Source: the human T2T-CHM13v2.0 reference genome, Homo sapiens | Direction: 5' to 3' (one strand) | Length of the DNA stretch: 64,000 nucleotides | Assembly: GCF_009914755.1 (NCBI RefSeq) | Contig: NC_060926.1 | Translations under genes and position numbers: made by a program | Part shown: positions 32,220-48,221 of the stretch, in pieces | How the letters are laid out: every line of letters begins with the position of its first letter | Numbering within the stretch: the first letter of the stretch is position 1 | Notes under the pieces: model-generated | What the model was told of the DNA's origin: nothing | The model's input: the letters and a program-made list of their open reading frames with translations, nothing else | The model's database searches: none

Positions 32220-32700
32220 TGTTCTTATCTCCTGCCTCCAAACTGCCTCCAGGAATATTGCTTCATAACTCAAATATCATTCTATCATTTAATATTTAAA
32301 AACTTCCTCTGGTTCCCACTTTCTGTAGAACTAAACTTAAACTGCTCAGCATGTGTAGAAGGCTCCTCATAGCCTTGCCCCAGCCCATGCCTCTCTCTTC
32401 CCTATGCTCCAGCCACACAGAGTTTCTTCTTCCAGAGTGGATCATGTATTTTCACATGCCAATATCCTGCAGTACCTTCTCTGTGCCTGAAAGCAGCTCA
32501 AATATCATCTATGAAGCTGCCTCCAATTCCCACAGACTCCTCCTCAATGCTTTGATGTATTTTGTATTTTTTCTAGTATAGCACTTGCCTCATTTTATTG
32601 TAATTATTTGGCTATAAACAACTTGATTACTTATCACACTCCTATTGCCATCTCCTGCCCCCACGGGACCTGGCACATGAATGCTTATTGAATGAATAAC
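32220..32700 (+). mobile_element. L2 3' fragment
   Basis: L2-type ctatgctccagccaca..., ending acctggcaca...aatgcttattgaatgaat. Confidence 0.65.
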
Positions 32701-32741
32701 TGAACTTTAATAAGAAGGAGTACAGTGAGTAAACCCTTGGG

Positions 32742-32915
32742 TAGTGTTTTCCAAACTTTAATATGATAAGAATCACCTAAAGTGCTTAATAAAATGCAGA
32801 TGCTTTGGATTTACTCTCAGAGAGTTTGCTCAATTTAAGAGGTCTAAAAAGGTAGAGTTTAGGAATCTACATTTTAACAAGCATCCCCGATAATTCTGAT
32901 GGCCTGTGAGAAGCC
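32742..32915. mobile_element. MER5-like hAT-Charlie element overlapping the CRIP1b 3' UTR end
   Basis: agtgttttccaaactttaat...agaatcacct...aaaatgcagat...aggaatctacattttaacaagcatccc signature. Confidence 0.75.
32757..32762 (-). terminator. CNRIP1: Candidate ATTAAA poly(A) signal of the CNRIP1 isoform b exon
   Basis: TTTAAT on + strand ~240 nt downstream of the CRIP1b stop; a second ATTAAA lies at 32706-32711. Confidence 0.5.
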
Positions 32916-32998
32916 CTCCCCTAGAATGCAAAGCAAATAATTTGGAAAAAAAAAAAAGAACATTTGTTCCTCATGATGGCACACATTGAAGAATGTGC

Positions 32999-33055
32999 TT
33001 ATTCTTCACATTCATATGTAAGAGAGATCTCTTGGGGTCGTTGTTCCAGGCACTC
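32999..33055 (-). CDS. CNRIP1: CNRIP1 alternative last exon (CRIP1b C-terminus, 18 aa [18 protein letters not shown])
   Basis: Acceptor TATTTATTTTCAG at 33056 and phase-0 frame to TAA. The peptide matches the recalled CRIP1b tail; 110+18=128 aa fits the known isoform. Confidence 0.88.
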   Translation of the reverse strand, partial: ECLEQRPQEISLTYECEE

Positions 33056-33100
33056 CTGAAAATAAATAGATACCAGAATAAGTTTGAGAAAACCACAGTT

Positions 33101-33403
33101 GGGTAGGTGCAGTGACTCACGCCCGTAATCCCAGCACTTTGGGAGGCCAAGGCAGGCAGATCTCTTGAGGTCAGGAGTTCGAGACCAGCTGACCAATATG
33201 GTGAAGCCCCATCTCTACTAAAAATACAAAAATTAGCTGGCTGTGGTAGTGGTGCACCTGTAGTCCCAGCTACTTGGGAGGCTGAGGCAGAGAATCACTT
33301 GAAGCTGGGAGGCAGAGGTTGCAGTGAGCTGAGATTGTGCCACTGCACTCCAGCCTGAGTGACAGAGCGAGACTCTGTCTCAAAAAAAAAAAAAAAAAAG
33401 AAA
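33101..33403 (+). mobile_element. AluS with TSD AGAAAACCACAG, ~45 nt upstream of the CRIP1b acceptor
   Basis: TSD at 33087-33098 and 33404-33415. Confidence 0.93.
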
Positions 33404-33956
33404 AGAAAACCACAGCGAAGCGAATTCTGTGAAGACTATAAAGAAGCATCAAGCTCTGTGTAAAGGGCTAGATTGTTTCTTTGTAAGGACAATTGTCATC
33501 AAATCCCATATGTTTGTTTTGTTAAAATAGCCACTATTTAGCCAGGCCCAAGCTGTTTTCACTAATACACTGCATTTCTGTCAAGCTTCTCTTTGGATGT
33601 TCTCCAAGCATTTTAGCAGCTTTAAGCCTGTCTTCCCTTGTTCCCTGAGGGAGGAACAAGCACAAGTTCACGCCAACTCATTAGAGAGACATTGCTCAAG
33701 AGCAGCTCCTGGGGCACCAGATGCAGGCAGGAGCGAGGGAGTGGGATCCCTTCCAGGCCCCTCCCCTCTGCGCTGTCTCATTTTCCCCACCCACCCTCCC
33801 AAATGCTCATTATTGTCTTCAGCAGGTGGCTTCCACCCCTGCCTTCAAGTCTGCTCAGACAATCTCCCTCCCAAGATAGACAAGCTCCAAAAAGATTCAC
33901 AGGTTCTACACAATGCAGAACTGCCAAGGACCACATTGGCCAAAGCAATGTCTTCA

Positions 33957-34270
<314 letters not shown>

Positions 34271-34887
34271 AGGCAGAACCTTTAGGCAGCAGATGTCCAC
34301 CAGAGGTATGTGTGCATGTGTGTGCATGTGCACGTGTGTGTACAGCCATATGGGTTTTAATACATGTATAGATTCATTCAACCACTGCCGCTATCAGGAT
34401 ACAGAACAGTTCCATCGCCCCAGAAAGCTCCCTCCTGCTACCTTTTTGAGTGTATCCAAGCTTTATTTTAAGGCTTTAATCTTATAAAAATCTCCAGGGA
34501 AAGGTGAAATGCTATAGAAAAGTTAAAGATAGTCTGTGTTCAATTATTTGAAGAAACTTGTCATTCAGGGTTAGATTGTTTCTATAGGGTGAGGACAAAT
34601 TCCCATTACCTATATAGGTACTTACGTTGTCTTTTCAGGCAAATTTGGTTAGCTATCCCCTCCTACCCTGTCAAGCAGTAGCTATCTAGCCCACAATAAA
34701 CTCTCTGAGTGGAAGCCTGATGATTTAAAGTTATGTCTACCATACCCATTATTTTTCGACTAACAATAGGAATCCAAAATCATTAGCTTGTAGCCATGAA
34801 AATTCTGAAAATAGACTCTCAGTGTGGCCATATGAGTTACATTTCAAAGTGTAACCATCTAGATTTGGGGAAATTAAGGACCTTACG

Positions 34888-34916
34888 AACACACACACAC
34901 ACACACACACACACAC
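34888..34916. repeat. (CA)n microsatellite
   Basis: Direct read. Confidence 0.95.
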
Positions 34917-35829
34917 TCATATACACATTATATAGATCTACTTCACACCAAACACAAGCATAAAAAATAAACTGGGAAAAGATCAAGATTCCAACTGGGT
35001 TTTGAGTTGGAAAAAACATTAGTATTTTAAAATATATGTTTTGTCAAAGAAAGTGACTATCTGATAAAGGTAAAGGAAAAATCAGCTGTTTCAGTTTTGG
35101 GAAATTCACAATGCTCCTTTGTTTAGTGGGCTTGTTGAACTTTTCTGAACATTCAAAAAATATTTTTGTCAAATAATTTGGACATTTCAAATTCTGCTTC
35201 AAGCATGAAGGGAGGTTGCCACTAACACCATTGTTACCTCTTGGGCCACGGTCTCCCTTGGGATGGTCATTTCAGAGGGAGGAAATACCCTTGGCTGTCA
35301 GAGGCCAAGGGTCTATAAACTTCTAGATGAGGGTAAGCGTGTTGAAGTCATACTGATTTGGATTTTCATTCTGTCTCCTCTGCTCACAATAGCTATATGA
35401 CCTTGGGCAGGTAGCCTAACCTCTCTGAGCTTAATAGCCTCATTTTAAAAATGGAAATCATATGTACTCTTCAGGATGATTTTGAAAATTAAATGAGATC
35501 ATATATATAAAATGTCTGCCATACAAAAGATAGTCAATGAATGCTAATTTTGTCTTTCCTTTCCTCATTTAATTCATCTCTCTACCTCCAAATACAGCCT
35601 TATCAAAACTAGGTCAGTCATAATTTATCTTATTTTTTAAGACCATGGAAGGAAAAAAAGATGGTTTAATCCTTCTCCTAATCCATATTGTGACTTCTAA
35701 CTTTCTCTGGCAGGAAATGATTTCTTAGAACCAACTTCAGACCATTACTTTTTTCTTTTTGGAGAAGTTTTACTTTACTGTCTTCAGCAGAAAAGGAGAG
35801 TAGGTGGTCTGGATTCCCCAGATGTGGAT

Positions 35830-36400
35830 CAGGAAAGGCAAGGTTATGCTGAAGTAATGAACAACCCCAGAATCTTAGTGATGGTTTATAGAATAGTTTC
35901 TTGTTCATCTCTCCACCCCAAAAAAGCAGATTGATACAACATAAAGGACAGATAAGGGATAAAGCAAATATACCAAAATGTTAACTGTGAAATTCAGGTG
36001 ATAGATATGGGAATGTGTGTTATGCAAGTCTTTCAACTTTTCTATACATTTCAACATTTTTCACGATAAAATATTGGGAGAAAAGTTTATTTCTCACTTA
36101 TGCTATGGGTCCAACAAAAGGTGGCTAGGGTTCCATGCCGTATCTTCTCACTCCAGGACCTAAGGTGATCAATCATCTTGAAAGTGGCTATTTGCCATGG
36201 CAAAGGGAAAGAGAGTTCTGTTGGCATTGCACAGACTGTTGGATAATTTCAGCCTGAAATGACATGTGTCACTTCTGCTTACAACTCATTGGCCAGAGCT
36301 ACCAGCACATGGCCTTAGCCCAGGCCATGGAGGTCAGATCCTATCATGTGCCTCGACGGGGGAGGGCTGGAAACATTTGGTAAGCAGCACAAGTAATTAC
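35830..36400 (-). mobile_element. Old MLT1 (MaLR) LTR interrupted by an L1M 3' fragment (~35910-36080)
   Basis: ggttatgctg...aacaaccccagaatcttagtg and gtttatttctcactta...cacttctgcttacaactcattggccag motifs. Confidence 0.6.
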
Positions 36401-38046
36401 CCTGATGAAAATAAACAACTTCATAAACTTCAAAGAATAACATACCTTAGGACTATCATTAATAATACGAACGTGACAAGGCAAATTCACTGGAAGCAAT
36501 GTCAGTAAAAGAATTCAGAAACTTTTTTCTTTCTCATCCACTTTCCTTCTTTTAGTCTCCTTTAAAGGGAGCAGGAGAACTAACCCCGTAAAGGCTAACA
36601 GATTGCAAACTTCTTGCTGGCTGGTTTGCAGCCGGCCGGCCAGCCAGCCAGCCAGCCAGCCAGCTCTTTCTAGAATCTCATCACCTTTTTGTTGAGTCAG
36701 CTCATTTTCCCTGAGTCAGTAAGAAGATGTGGAAGCTGTCCAGAGATCTTAAGAAAAGCAGAAGTTAGGTTGAGGGTGGTAAAGCTTTTCAGAAATAGGA
36801 TAATAAAATATCTGAGTAAACAATATTTCAATATTTTTCTTGACTCAACGTTTTAGAGGAGTCAGGAAAGACTTCATAGTGACATTTAAGCTGGCACTTG
36901 AAGGCGTTTGCAAGGTAGGAAATGGAGTAGGGCGTTCCAAGCAGAGGGAACAGGCTGTGCAGTGGCAAGGAAACTGCTTTGGACTTGGTAGATCTGCAGG
37001 AGAATAAGAAATTCACTGTGACCAGAGACTAGAATGCCTGTCAGGATTACTGTTAAAGTACTAGCGTAGGGCCAAAAATACTGTATTTTTCATTTGTTAG
37101 CAAGTGGGAAATGAAATACCCTACTTGTTAAGGAAAAATTTTAGTCTTACCTAGTGCTCTAATAGTAGTTAACATGGCTTCAAAGAGAAAAGATTATATG
37201 CAAGTAATTTGCTATAAAGAGAACTATAGGCAAATGAGTTTCTAGCAACTGAATACTTCTGTTTGTTGGCAACAATTGTTGGCAACAATTAATATATCCA
37301 CAGAAACTTTCTTTGGGAAAACAAGTTACCTACTAGGCTGCAAACAAATTAAGGCAAAACTACCAGGTTATAAAAACAAACACTGCAGGAGAGTGGGCAG
37401 GTAATGAGGTGATTTTAAATGAAATACATTTGTCAAGAGAACAGTGATGGGGAGAAGAAAAACAAGGAGCTTTACGTATGATATATCATTTAATCCTAAC
37501 ACATGTTGTGAAGTGAATGTTATTATCACCATTTCATAAATGTGAAAACTAAAGATCAAATAAAGTAGCTTCTTATAAAATGAGCTGTTTAAATTTGAGC
37601 CTTATTTTTGAATCTCTGAGACATTTTTCCTCTGTAAAATGGAGACATGACACATCCTGCCTACCTCACAGGGTGGTTAAGAGGATTAAAAGAAATAACA
37701 AAAGAAATTGACATCATTCTTGACCTTGACTTTTTAATCAGAAAATCTTAAGTTTTCTGATTCTGTCTTGATGTTTGTATATTCTTCAAAACTATGTCTT
37801 TATATAGGAAACTTAAGATGGCTGTTTGTGGAAAAAGTCTTTCTAGCATATCTTAAAATATGCTATTTTAAACTATTTTTAAATAATTAAAAATTTTACC
37901 TTTCCAAGCATCAAAATAGAGTATAACGTTTGGCCATTATCTGAAATCCATTCATGGAATATTTTAGGAAAATAAGTTTTATTTTTTAAACTCCTTTAGT
38001 TTTTCTCTTGGCATTTTAAATAATTTTGTTTGAAAATGTATCGCTC

Positions 38047-38930
<884 letters not shown>

Positions 38931-40168
38931 TACATTACTGATGATAATGGGCCCTCTTTCTAAATGAATCAGGAATATCATTAGGCTTATCAATTTTTAT
39001 TTGATATATACAGAAACTACTGTGGTTTAATACAGGATTATTTATGTACCTACAGGATACAGTTGTCCCCATCTACTGTTCTTTTGATTTACTTTGTCTG
39101 CTTTTTATAGTTTTCTCTGTCCTCTCTGAAAAAAAAAGAATATTTTCAGTATATCTGCCTCTACAAATTGTCTTCTTCCCTTTCATGTTCTACTTCCAAT
39201 TTCATAAGAGTCAGAAACCAGATCACCCCACATGTTAGAATTGTGTCTAAAACAGGAGTCAAGAGGCCTTGGGAGAAGACCCGAGCCTTTAGTGAATGGA
39301 CTTGGTGACATCTGTGACAGGGATCTTTATTTTTTGGCATGTTTTCTGTTCTTAACTGTGATCCAGATAGTTTAAATGGCTGGATAAGTGACTTCTCAGT
39401 AAGCGAGGTGTCACAAAATATAAACTCAAGGCATTTCTATTCTTCCACCTGTTCAAAAGTGTTTTAGTCATCATCATAATTGGAAGGATGGCCTAGTTCC
39501 TCAAGCTTCTGGGTAGCCATCTGATGCTTGGAGGTAGAGAGACGTGGCTACAACTTGTATAAAAATAGCCCTTCCAGATGGCTGAGGGGCAAAGTTACAA
39601 CTCAGCAGCTCGATATAGCTGAGCACTCAAATTTTGGAGTAGGAGGAGAGCTATGTGAGAAGTAGCCAGAGAGACTGGGCTGGAGCCCAATCATAAGTAG
39701 AACAGTATATGCCAGGAGCGATCACTTAACGTGCAGATTAGCTGTTAAGTTTTTCTGTTACTTCATCTCCATCTCCTCCCCAACTCCCTTGATTCAACCT
39801 TACTTCTGGCCCTAAGGAAACACATACACATACGACATAGACAGATATGCACACACACTTTCCCCTTTTTTTTTTAAAGGAGTATAAAATAGAGGAACAA
39901 ACCATAACTCTTAAAAGGCTTCAGAATTCTACTAGTCTAACCCTTCATTTTAGAGATAAGCAAACTGAGGCAGAGAAAGGTGTGGTGACCATCCAGGATG
40001 TGAGCAGGACTCCCACGCTCCAGGTGCTCTGCCAGGGCTCATCTTCTGGCTCGTTTGTGGGACACTGATAACAGCGCAGCTATCCCAGGACATGTTTCCT
40101 CCAAGTCTGCTTTGACTCATTTCAAACTCTAAATAAAGCCTTTAGTTAAAAAAGAAAAAAAAAAGTAT

Positions 40169-40529
<361 letters not shown>

Positions 40530-41577
40530 CTAGTCCCTGGCTTGAAAACCTGTTTCACCAGTGAAAATATTTACTAATCAAATTAGTAAATATTAAATTG
40601 TGTAGTTCCCACTTTTTATTTTAAATCTTTTATTCACTCTGCATTTCTATTGGATATTCTGGAAGAAAAACCTCTGTAGTAAATCCATTGTTTTAAATAT
40701 CTCAATGTCTGTTCAAATAATTGAGTGTTGGTTTTAAAAAATAGTCATTAGGAATGGGTTAGTACTTACGTTTTAGCAATTGTAATGAAGACTTTAAAAA
40801 AAAACAAAAAAACAAACAAAAAACACAAGCTTATTGAGAAACATGTTACACTCCTTTAACATCATTTATGATCCCCAAAGGCAAGGCATTGCTGTTCCCT
40901 GGTGGCTGTACAGCATCACTGCAGGTAAGCGATTTGGAGGTAGAAAAGGTGTTGAGTGCCAGCCTTTCAAATTCAGTTCTACAATGAATCAACTTTTAAA
41001 AATACTCCCAGTAGCTTGCATTTTCTTATAAGAAGGGTTTACAGGTAGCAAAAACAAACAATCCCCAACGAACTTTTTCCAATACTATAGGATTTGTGCT
41101 GCCCAAGTAAATATTACATTATTGGAAAATAGCATGTTACTTTTCAAGAGGAAGTTCACTTCCTTCTTATGGAATTTATCCTTAAACTGTATGGTATATG
41201 GGCTTTGTGCAAGGTGCTGGAAGTAGGCAAGGAGGCCTCAACCATGATGTACACACACTATTATAGCACCATTGCTCTCCTGCTACTGAGTCACATAGCT
41301 CACCAACTGGGGAGGGGTCACCACAGAAAGAGTAATGGAGCGAGATAGGTACAAGCATTTTTTGATTGCCCGCCAAGCACCTGGGCCTGTGCTAGCCCTG
41401 TTAAACTTGGCTGGAGCAATCCTGCTAAAAGGTCAGGCTTGATTCATGAATAGGTGTGCTAATTCTACTCCGGATACATCCCCGTCATCCTGTAGCATAC
41501 AGGCCTGAGTGAAGCTGGCCTAGAGCAGGGATTCACCTGCTAGATAATTATTGCCCAAATTAAGAATGCAAGTCAGG

Positions 41578-42432
41578 GCATGATTTTCAACGCCTTTATT
41601 AAGAAATATCAAAAGTTGATTACAGGTCCATATGCAGTTTTACAAAGTTCAAGTGAAGAAGACTGTAGGGATGCCATCAATGTGCGTGTCTGAAGACTAT
41701 GGAAGCTTGTCAAAGGGGTAACCCTACAACTCCTGTCACTTTAACAATGGTCCACAGCAATGCTTTTCCCCCATTTCTACTAGGCTAGGCCATTGCACAA
41801 TACCTTAAGCTACTTAAAAGAGTTTTAATACGTTATAAATACGTACATATTTGTCCTTCTAGTTTGTTACCATCCTTCCCTGAAAGAGCGGAGCTGTTTA
41901 TAGGAAGCACAACATTTGAGTCCCATTCACTGCTGTTTGTATTACATTTTCACAAAGCCTGCTTTGAAAGCTGGCAAACACTGCAAGTTACATGTTACCA
42001 TATTACACATGGGAGGACCCATACACATTGTTATTTTTAAATTTAACATTGAACAAAAAAAAGGAGGAATCACTTAACTTGGAAACAAAACACCAAAGTT
42101 AGTCAGTGGAATGGTCAAGAGCAGGACAAGCCTGCCAGGGCCACTGAACTCCAGTCACAAGTGGTCAAAAGTATGACCGAGAACAACTGGATGCAGGAAC
42201 ATCAGCACAAAATACAGATGGGAATATTCTCGGGAGTGGTACATCACCATCTTGTATGTGAGGGATATTGTGTCAGAGGGGAATTACACTTTCAAAATAA
42301 CCAGGGCTAGTAGGTCATTAGTACCAGATGGGGAACAGCAATGGTGTGGCATGCCTTGTTTAAGGCCTGCGCTGGTTTATCTAAAAGTAGATTTCTGAAA
42401 AGATTGTCCAGTAGCATCAGAAAGAGCCACTT
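41578..42432 (-). other. CNRIP1: CNRIP1 isoform a 3' UTR
   Basis: Unique sequence between the TGA and the AATAAA; cleavage site approximate. Confidence 0.8.
41595..41600 (-). terminator. CNRIP1: AATAAA poly(A) signal of CNRIP1 isoform a
   Basis: TTTATT on + strand ~830 nt after the stop, ending a repeat-free UTR-like stretch. Confidence 0.8.
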
Positions 42433-42597
42433 TCAGAGGAAGGACTCCTTGTTCACCCACATCAGACTGCGTGTCTCGTTGGGCTTGCATTCATACTCAA
42501 TGACAGAGAAGGGGCTTCCCCACTGGCAGTGATCCCGCTTGTGGTAATTGTAGAACTTGACTTGCCACACTGTCTCGAAGGTCCCAATGTCTGTGAA
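42433..42597 (-). CDS. CNRIP1: CB1 cannabinoid receptor-interacting protein 1, last coding exon of CRIP1a (54 aa)
   Basis: Acceptor TTTCTCTTCCCTCAG at 42598; encodes [54 protein letters not shown], the recalled CRIP1a C-terminus (110+54=164 aa). Confidence 0.96.
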   Translation of the reverse strand, partial: FTDIGTFETVWQVKFYNYHKRDHCQWGSPFSVIEYECKPNETRSLMWVNKESFL

Positions 42598-42955
42598 CTG
42601 AGGGAAGAGAAACATGCCTGATAAAAAACCTCATTCTGCCACGAGCAATAGATGAGAGCTAACATTAGTGATGTAGCTCCTGGATAATCAAGCAGACCCA
42701 GTCCAGATTCTCTTGGTCTGCAAGGCTCGGAAGGCTTTCCTTTAGTGGTCTAGCTCCCTCCTTTATGATGGGAGATATTTTCCTAAAAAGCTGTCTGTAA
42801 ACCATTCTTCTCTATAAAATCTGATTCCCATTGCAAACGTGCCACTCGCTATCATATTGCTTTTAATAAAAATAACTGCAAAGTTTATCTTGTTTTTCAA
42901 GTTTAATTTTTTGAAAACTTAGAATTTTAAAGCTTACTCTAAAATGGCCCCTGCT

Positions 42956-43065
42956 GGCCAGGTGCAGTGGTTCACCCCTGTAATCCCAGGCTGAGGCAGG
43001 ATGCTAGCTTGAAGCCAGGGGTTCCAGAATAGCCTGAACAACAAAGCAAGATTCTGTCTCTAAAA
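42956..43065 (+). mobile_element. FLAM/Alu monomer fragment
   Basis: Alu left-arm motifs. Confidence 0.75.
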
Positions 43066-44019
43066 CAAACCCCCATGTTCATCCCCCAAATGGTCCCTGC
43101 TACAGAAGGGGAATGGCGAAGGGAAGAGAAGGAATAAAGTTTACTGGCTTTTCTCAAAATACAATGGTACAAAACAACCTGTCTACAATACATCTACATA
43201 AAATTTCCATCATTAGTTTCAATTCCAAAGAAAAATATTTCAAAGTGATAACTGAAAATATTTCATTGGAAGTGTTAAAGGCCATATTTTAACTATTAAA
43301 CATTGAATACTTATAAGTCAGGAGTCCATGCCTACATCTTGGGCTTAGATTATACATTACCCAGAACCATATTTGAGTATCTGCTATGTACCTTGCATGT
43401 ATAAAAATTCGTATAAGGCAGGATTGTTGCTCTTAAGAAGTTAGCATTCTACTTCCAGAAGGTAGGCCCTGTAAATCACTGCACAGAACTCTCCTGAGGT
43501 ATAAAGTACACATTTCTCTTGCAGCTGAGAAGAGTACCTGGAATACCCTGGAGGCCACTGGGCAGATGCTCAAGTGGCCTGTGGGGTAGCCTGACCCTGC
43601 TACTGCCTTCTGGAGCTATTTAGGGGATCTGGCATTAAACTGCATGATGCCTGTCGTTATTTTCTCCTCTGACCCTCCCCTGTCATGGGAGGGGACAGGG
43701 ACTGACTTGGCAGGACTCTTAGACTTGTCTGGAGCCAGAAGACGTGGACAGAGGAAGGCAGTGAGCATTAGGAGTCTTATGCTTCTTGCTGATACAGGAG
43801 GAGGGTGATCAGGTGCTTTCCAGATAGCTTTCCAAGATGCTCTCAAAATTATATCTTGCACCATTGCCTCATCCTGCTAATTTGATCCCAAAACAAGATC
43901 TAGGCTTTCCTCTGGGAAATTTGCTTGATTTGAAATAGTGGATGATATACCTAGAGTCCACAGACCTCCCAGGTATGAAAGTGGATTACCTCTTTTTAGA
44001 GAGTCATGGCTTAAAGACC

Positions 44020-44800
44020 TATATAAGCATACAGCAGCTTTATTCACAATAGCCCCAGGTTGGAATTGACCCAAATGTTTATTCACATGTTGATAAGCAA
44101 GTTTTGGTATATTTATAAAATGGCCTTTTGCTGAACAATAAAGGAAGACATGCTGATTCAAGCAGCAACAGGGATGGATCTCAAAGACATGCTAAGCAAA
44201 ATAATCTAGGCCCCCAAAGTACATGCTGTATGAATCCATCTATATAGTGACAGAATGTAACCTACACTGACAGGAAACATCTGTGGTTATCTAGAGCCTA
44301 GGGTGAGAAGGGGAACTGATGCAAATGTGCAAGAGGGAACTTTTTAGGGGTGATGGAAGCATTCTGTATCTTGATTGGGATGGTGGTTACATGGCTGTAC
44401 ATATATGTTGGTCAAAACTAATTGAACTGTATGCTTAAGATGAGTCCATTTATTACATGTAAACTATACCTCAAAGTTAAGAAAAATAGAAATATCCATT
44501 TTTAGTGAGCTATAAGAAAACAGGTATTCTAAATGCTGCTAATGGGAATTGAATTAGCCTTTTGGAAGGATCATTTGCATGAAGTTAAAGGTGTGAGTAC
44601 ATTCAGGCCCAGCAATTCCATTTATAATTTATCTTAAGAACATCACAAAGTTTAGAGTAGTAAACAATGCAACACTAAAGGTCCATCTTTAAGGCACTAT
44701 TTGTGGCATATCTATATAATGGAATACCATGTAATATTTTTAAATGTAAAGTATTTAATACAGTTTTTATTTTATATTGTTACATGAACTAAGCAGAATA
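44020..44800 (+). mobile_element. Old L1M 3' fragments
   Basis: cacagcagctttattcacaatagcc... ggggtgatggaa...ctgtatcttgattggg... Confidence 0.75.
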
Positions 44801-44842
44801 CCATGAAGAACATGAAGTATTAATTCAGTTAAAATTAAACTT

Positions 44843-46210
<1,368 letters not shown>

Positions 46211-47868
46211 TTAGTAATTAAAGAAATATAAACTTTTAAAGAGATACTATTCCTCTAACAACTTAGTGACAATTTCTGAGTGCCAGAAACAATCTAAGCA
46301 TCCAACATTAGGAAAATATGAAAATGGTGGCATATCCATATGATAAACTTACAGAGCAATTAGGAATTTAGGGTTGTCGATGATTCAAGGAAATGCTTAG
46401 AACAATGTTTAAAGGAAGATGAATTGGAATGGTTTATATACATTATGAGCTCAAATATGTAAAATAAGATGTATAGAAAAAATGAAAAATATTACCTTCT
46501 AAGTAAAGAAATTGAATTTTTCTATCCTTACTCAGATTTTTTCTACAATAAATGTTACTTTTAAAATCAGAAATTTTTTAAATGGTGAAATGGATTTATC
46601 ATCTTACAATAATATATACAGCCTGCAAGCCTAAGGGATTTTATAAATTCTATTAAAAATATGTACATTCTAATGAAATTATGACTTTGTTCACAATAGG
46701 TTAGTGGTGGTATGTATAAATCAAAATCTCATTTTATAATTTACCAAGACTTTTAAAGAGGATTTAGTATTATTTTTGACCAGCACAAGGCATTGCACAC
46801 TTTAAGTGCAACTGAATTTTACAATTCAATTAACATTTTAATTCCAAATTATAAAAATATTTTGTAATAAAATATACACTGAAATATAAACTTTATACTA
46901 AAAATATTTTATAATACTTTTCAAATGCCAGCTAATATTTTGAAGGAAGCAGCTTAAAATCATGCTAGGTAACAGAGAAACAACACTGAGATTTTTATTT
47001 TTTGAAATAAAAGTTGGTTATAAAAATAAAAAGCCCACCAAGCTGATTACAACCAGACAAGAAAAACGTAAGGCTTATGTCTAAAAAAATTTTCAAAAGT
47101 CTCAATCTAAGAATTCTCAGTAACAAAGGAGACCAAAGTTAAAATCTGCCAATAGCAACAGTCATAGCTAAAGATATATTTAAGTGTTCATATTAATATT
47201 TCAAATTTGGTTTATTAATGTGGGACCTAAGGTCACGTTGAAGTAAATGTAACTGCTGGTAACTATGCATATGTCTTCCTCTCCCCGATGCCTTAGCTGT
47301 TTATACTTCTCATTAGCCGTCTTCCTATTCTTTCTTTTGGAGCTCTATTTCCTGGGCCTCTTACTACCTAGCTCATAATTTCTTCTTGTCTGGCTAGAAA
47401 CAGATGGGGTCTTGAAAGCTGACATTCTTCTTAAAGAACAGGAACAATTATACAGGCTCTTCACTCCCTCCCCGCCCATCTGTCCCTTCTAAGGAGAATG
47501 TACCCAGGCAGGCTCCTGGGTGGTACAATTTATGCACAGGTATAATTCTGTATATTTGTATAGCACCCTATTTTATGTGATACTTTCACATACATCATTC
47601 CACTTTAGTCTTGTGCCTGGTTTTATTATCTCCAGTTTATGGACAAAAAAACTAAGATTCAGAGAGGTTAGATGATTTGCCCTCAGTCTAGACTCCAAAG
47701 CCAGCCAATGATAGGAGCAGGACAAGAACCTAGGTCTCCTAATTCCTAGCTTAGGAGCTATTTATCACTGTACAAAACTGCTGATATAAATGGTTATAGT
47801 GGACAGTTTTTTTTTCTCCCTGAATGAGAAATTACATGAGTTGTCACAGGTAGAATGCTTTAGGGCAT

Positions 47869-48221
47869 TGCTATGGACTGAATGTTTATGCCCTCCTCCA
47901 ACCCCAATTCATGTGGTGAAGCCTAAATCCTAACTGTAATGGTATTTGGAGGTAGGGCCTTTGGGAAGTATGAGGGTCATGAGGGTGGAGCCCACATGAA
48001 TGGGTTCAGTGCCCTCATAAGGTACATGAGAAAGATGATCTCTTCTTCTGCCGTATGAGGATACATCAAGAAAGTGTCTATGGACCAAAAAGAGGGTCCT
48101 CACCAGACTACTGCCTTGATGTTTGGTCTTCCCAGCTTCCAGAACTCTGAGAAATAGATGTTTGTTGTTTCATCCATCCAATCTATGGCATTTTGTTTTA
48201 GCAGCCCCAGCGGAGACAACA
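47869..48221 (+). mobile_element. MLT1A/B-like solo LTR (MaLR)
   Basis: Starts TGCTATGGACTGAATGTT, contains ccagcttccagaactctgagaaata, ends ..tagcagccc...gacaaca. Confidence 0.85.

Noticed and set aside
34286-34310. Second CTCF-like sequence CAGCAGATGTCCACCAGAGGT
   Set aside because: Mismatches at core GG positions; weak.
41578-42615. Processed pseudogene interpretation of the CNRIP1-like segment
   Set aside because: It begins at a canonical acceptor at the known isoform branch point and has no A-tail or TSD, so it is the real exon.
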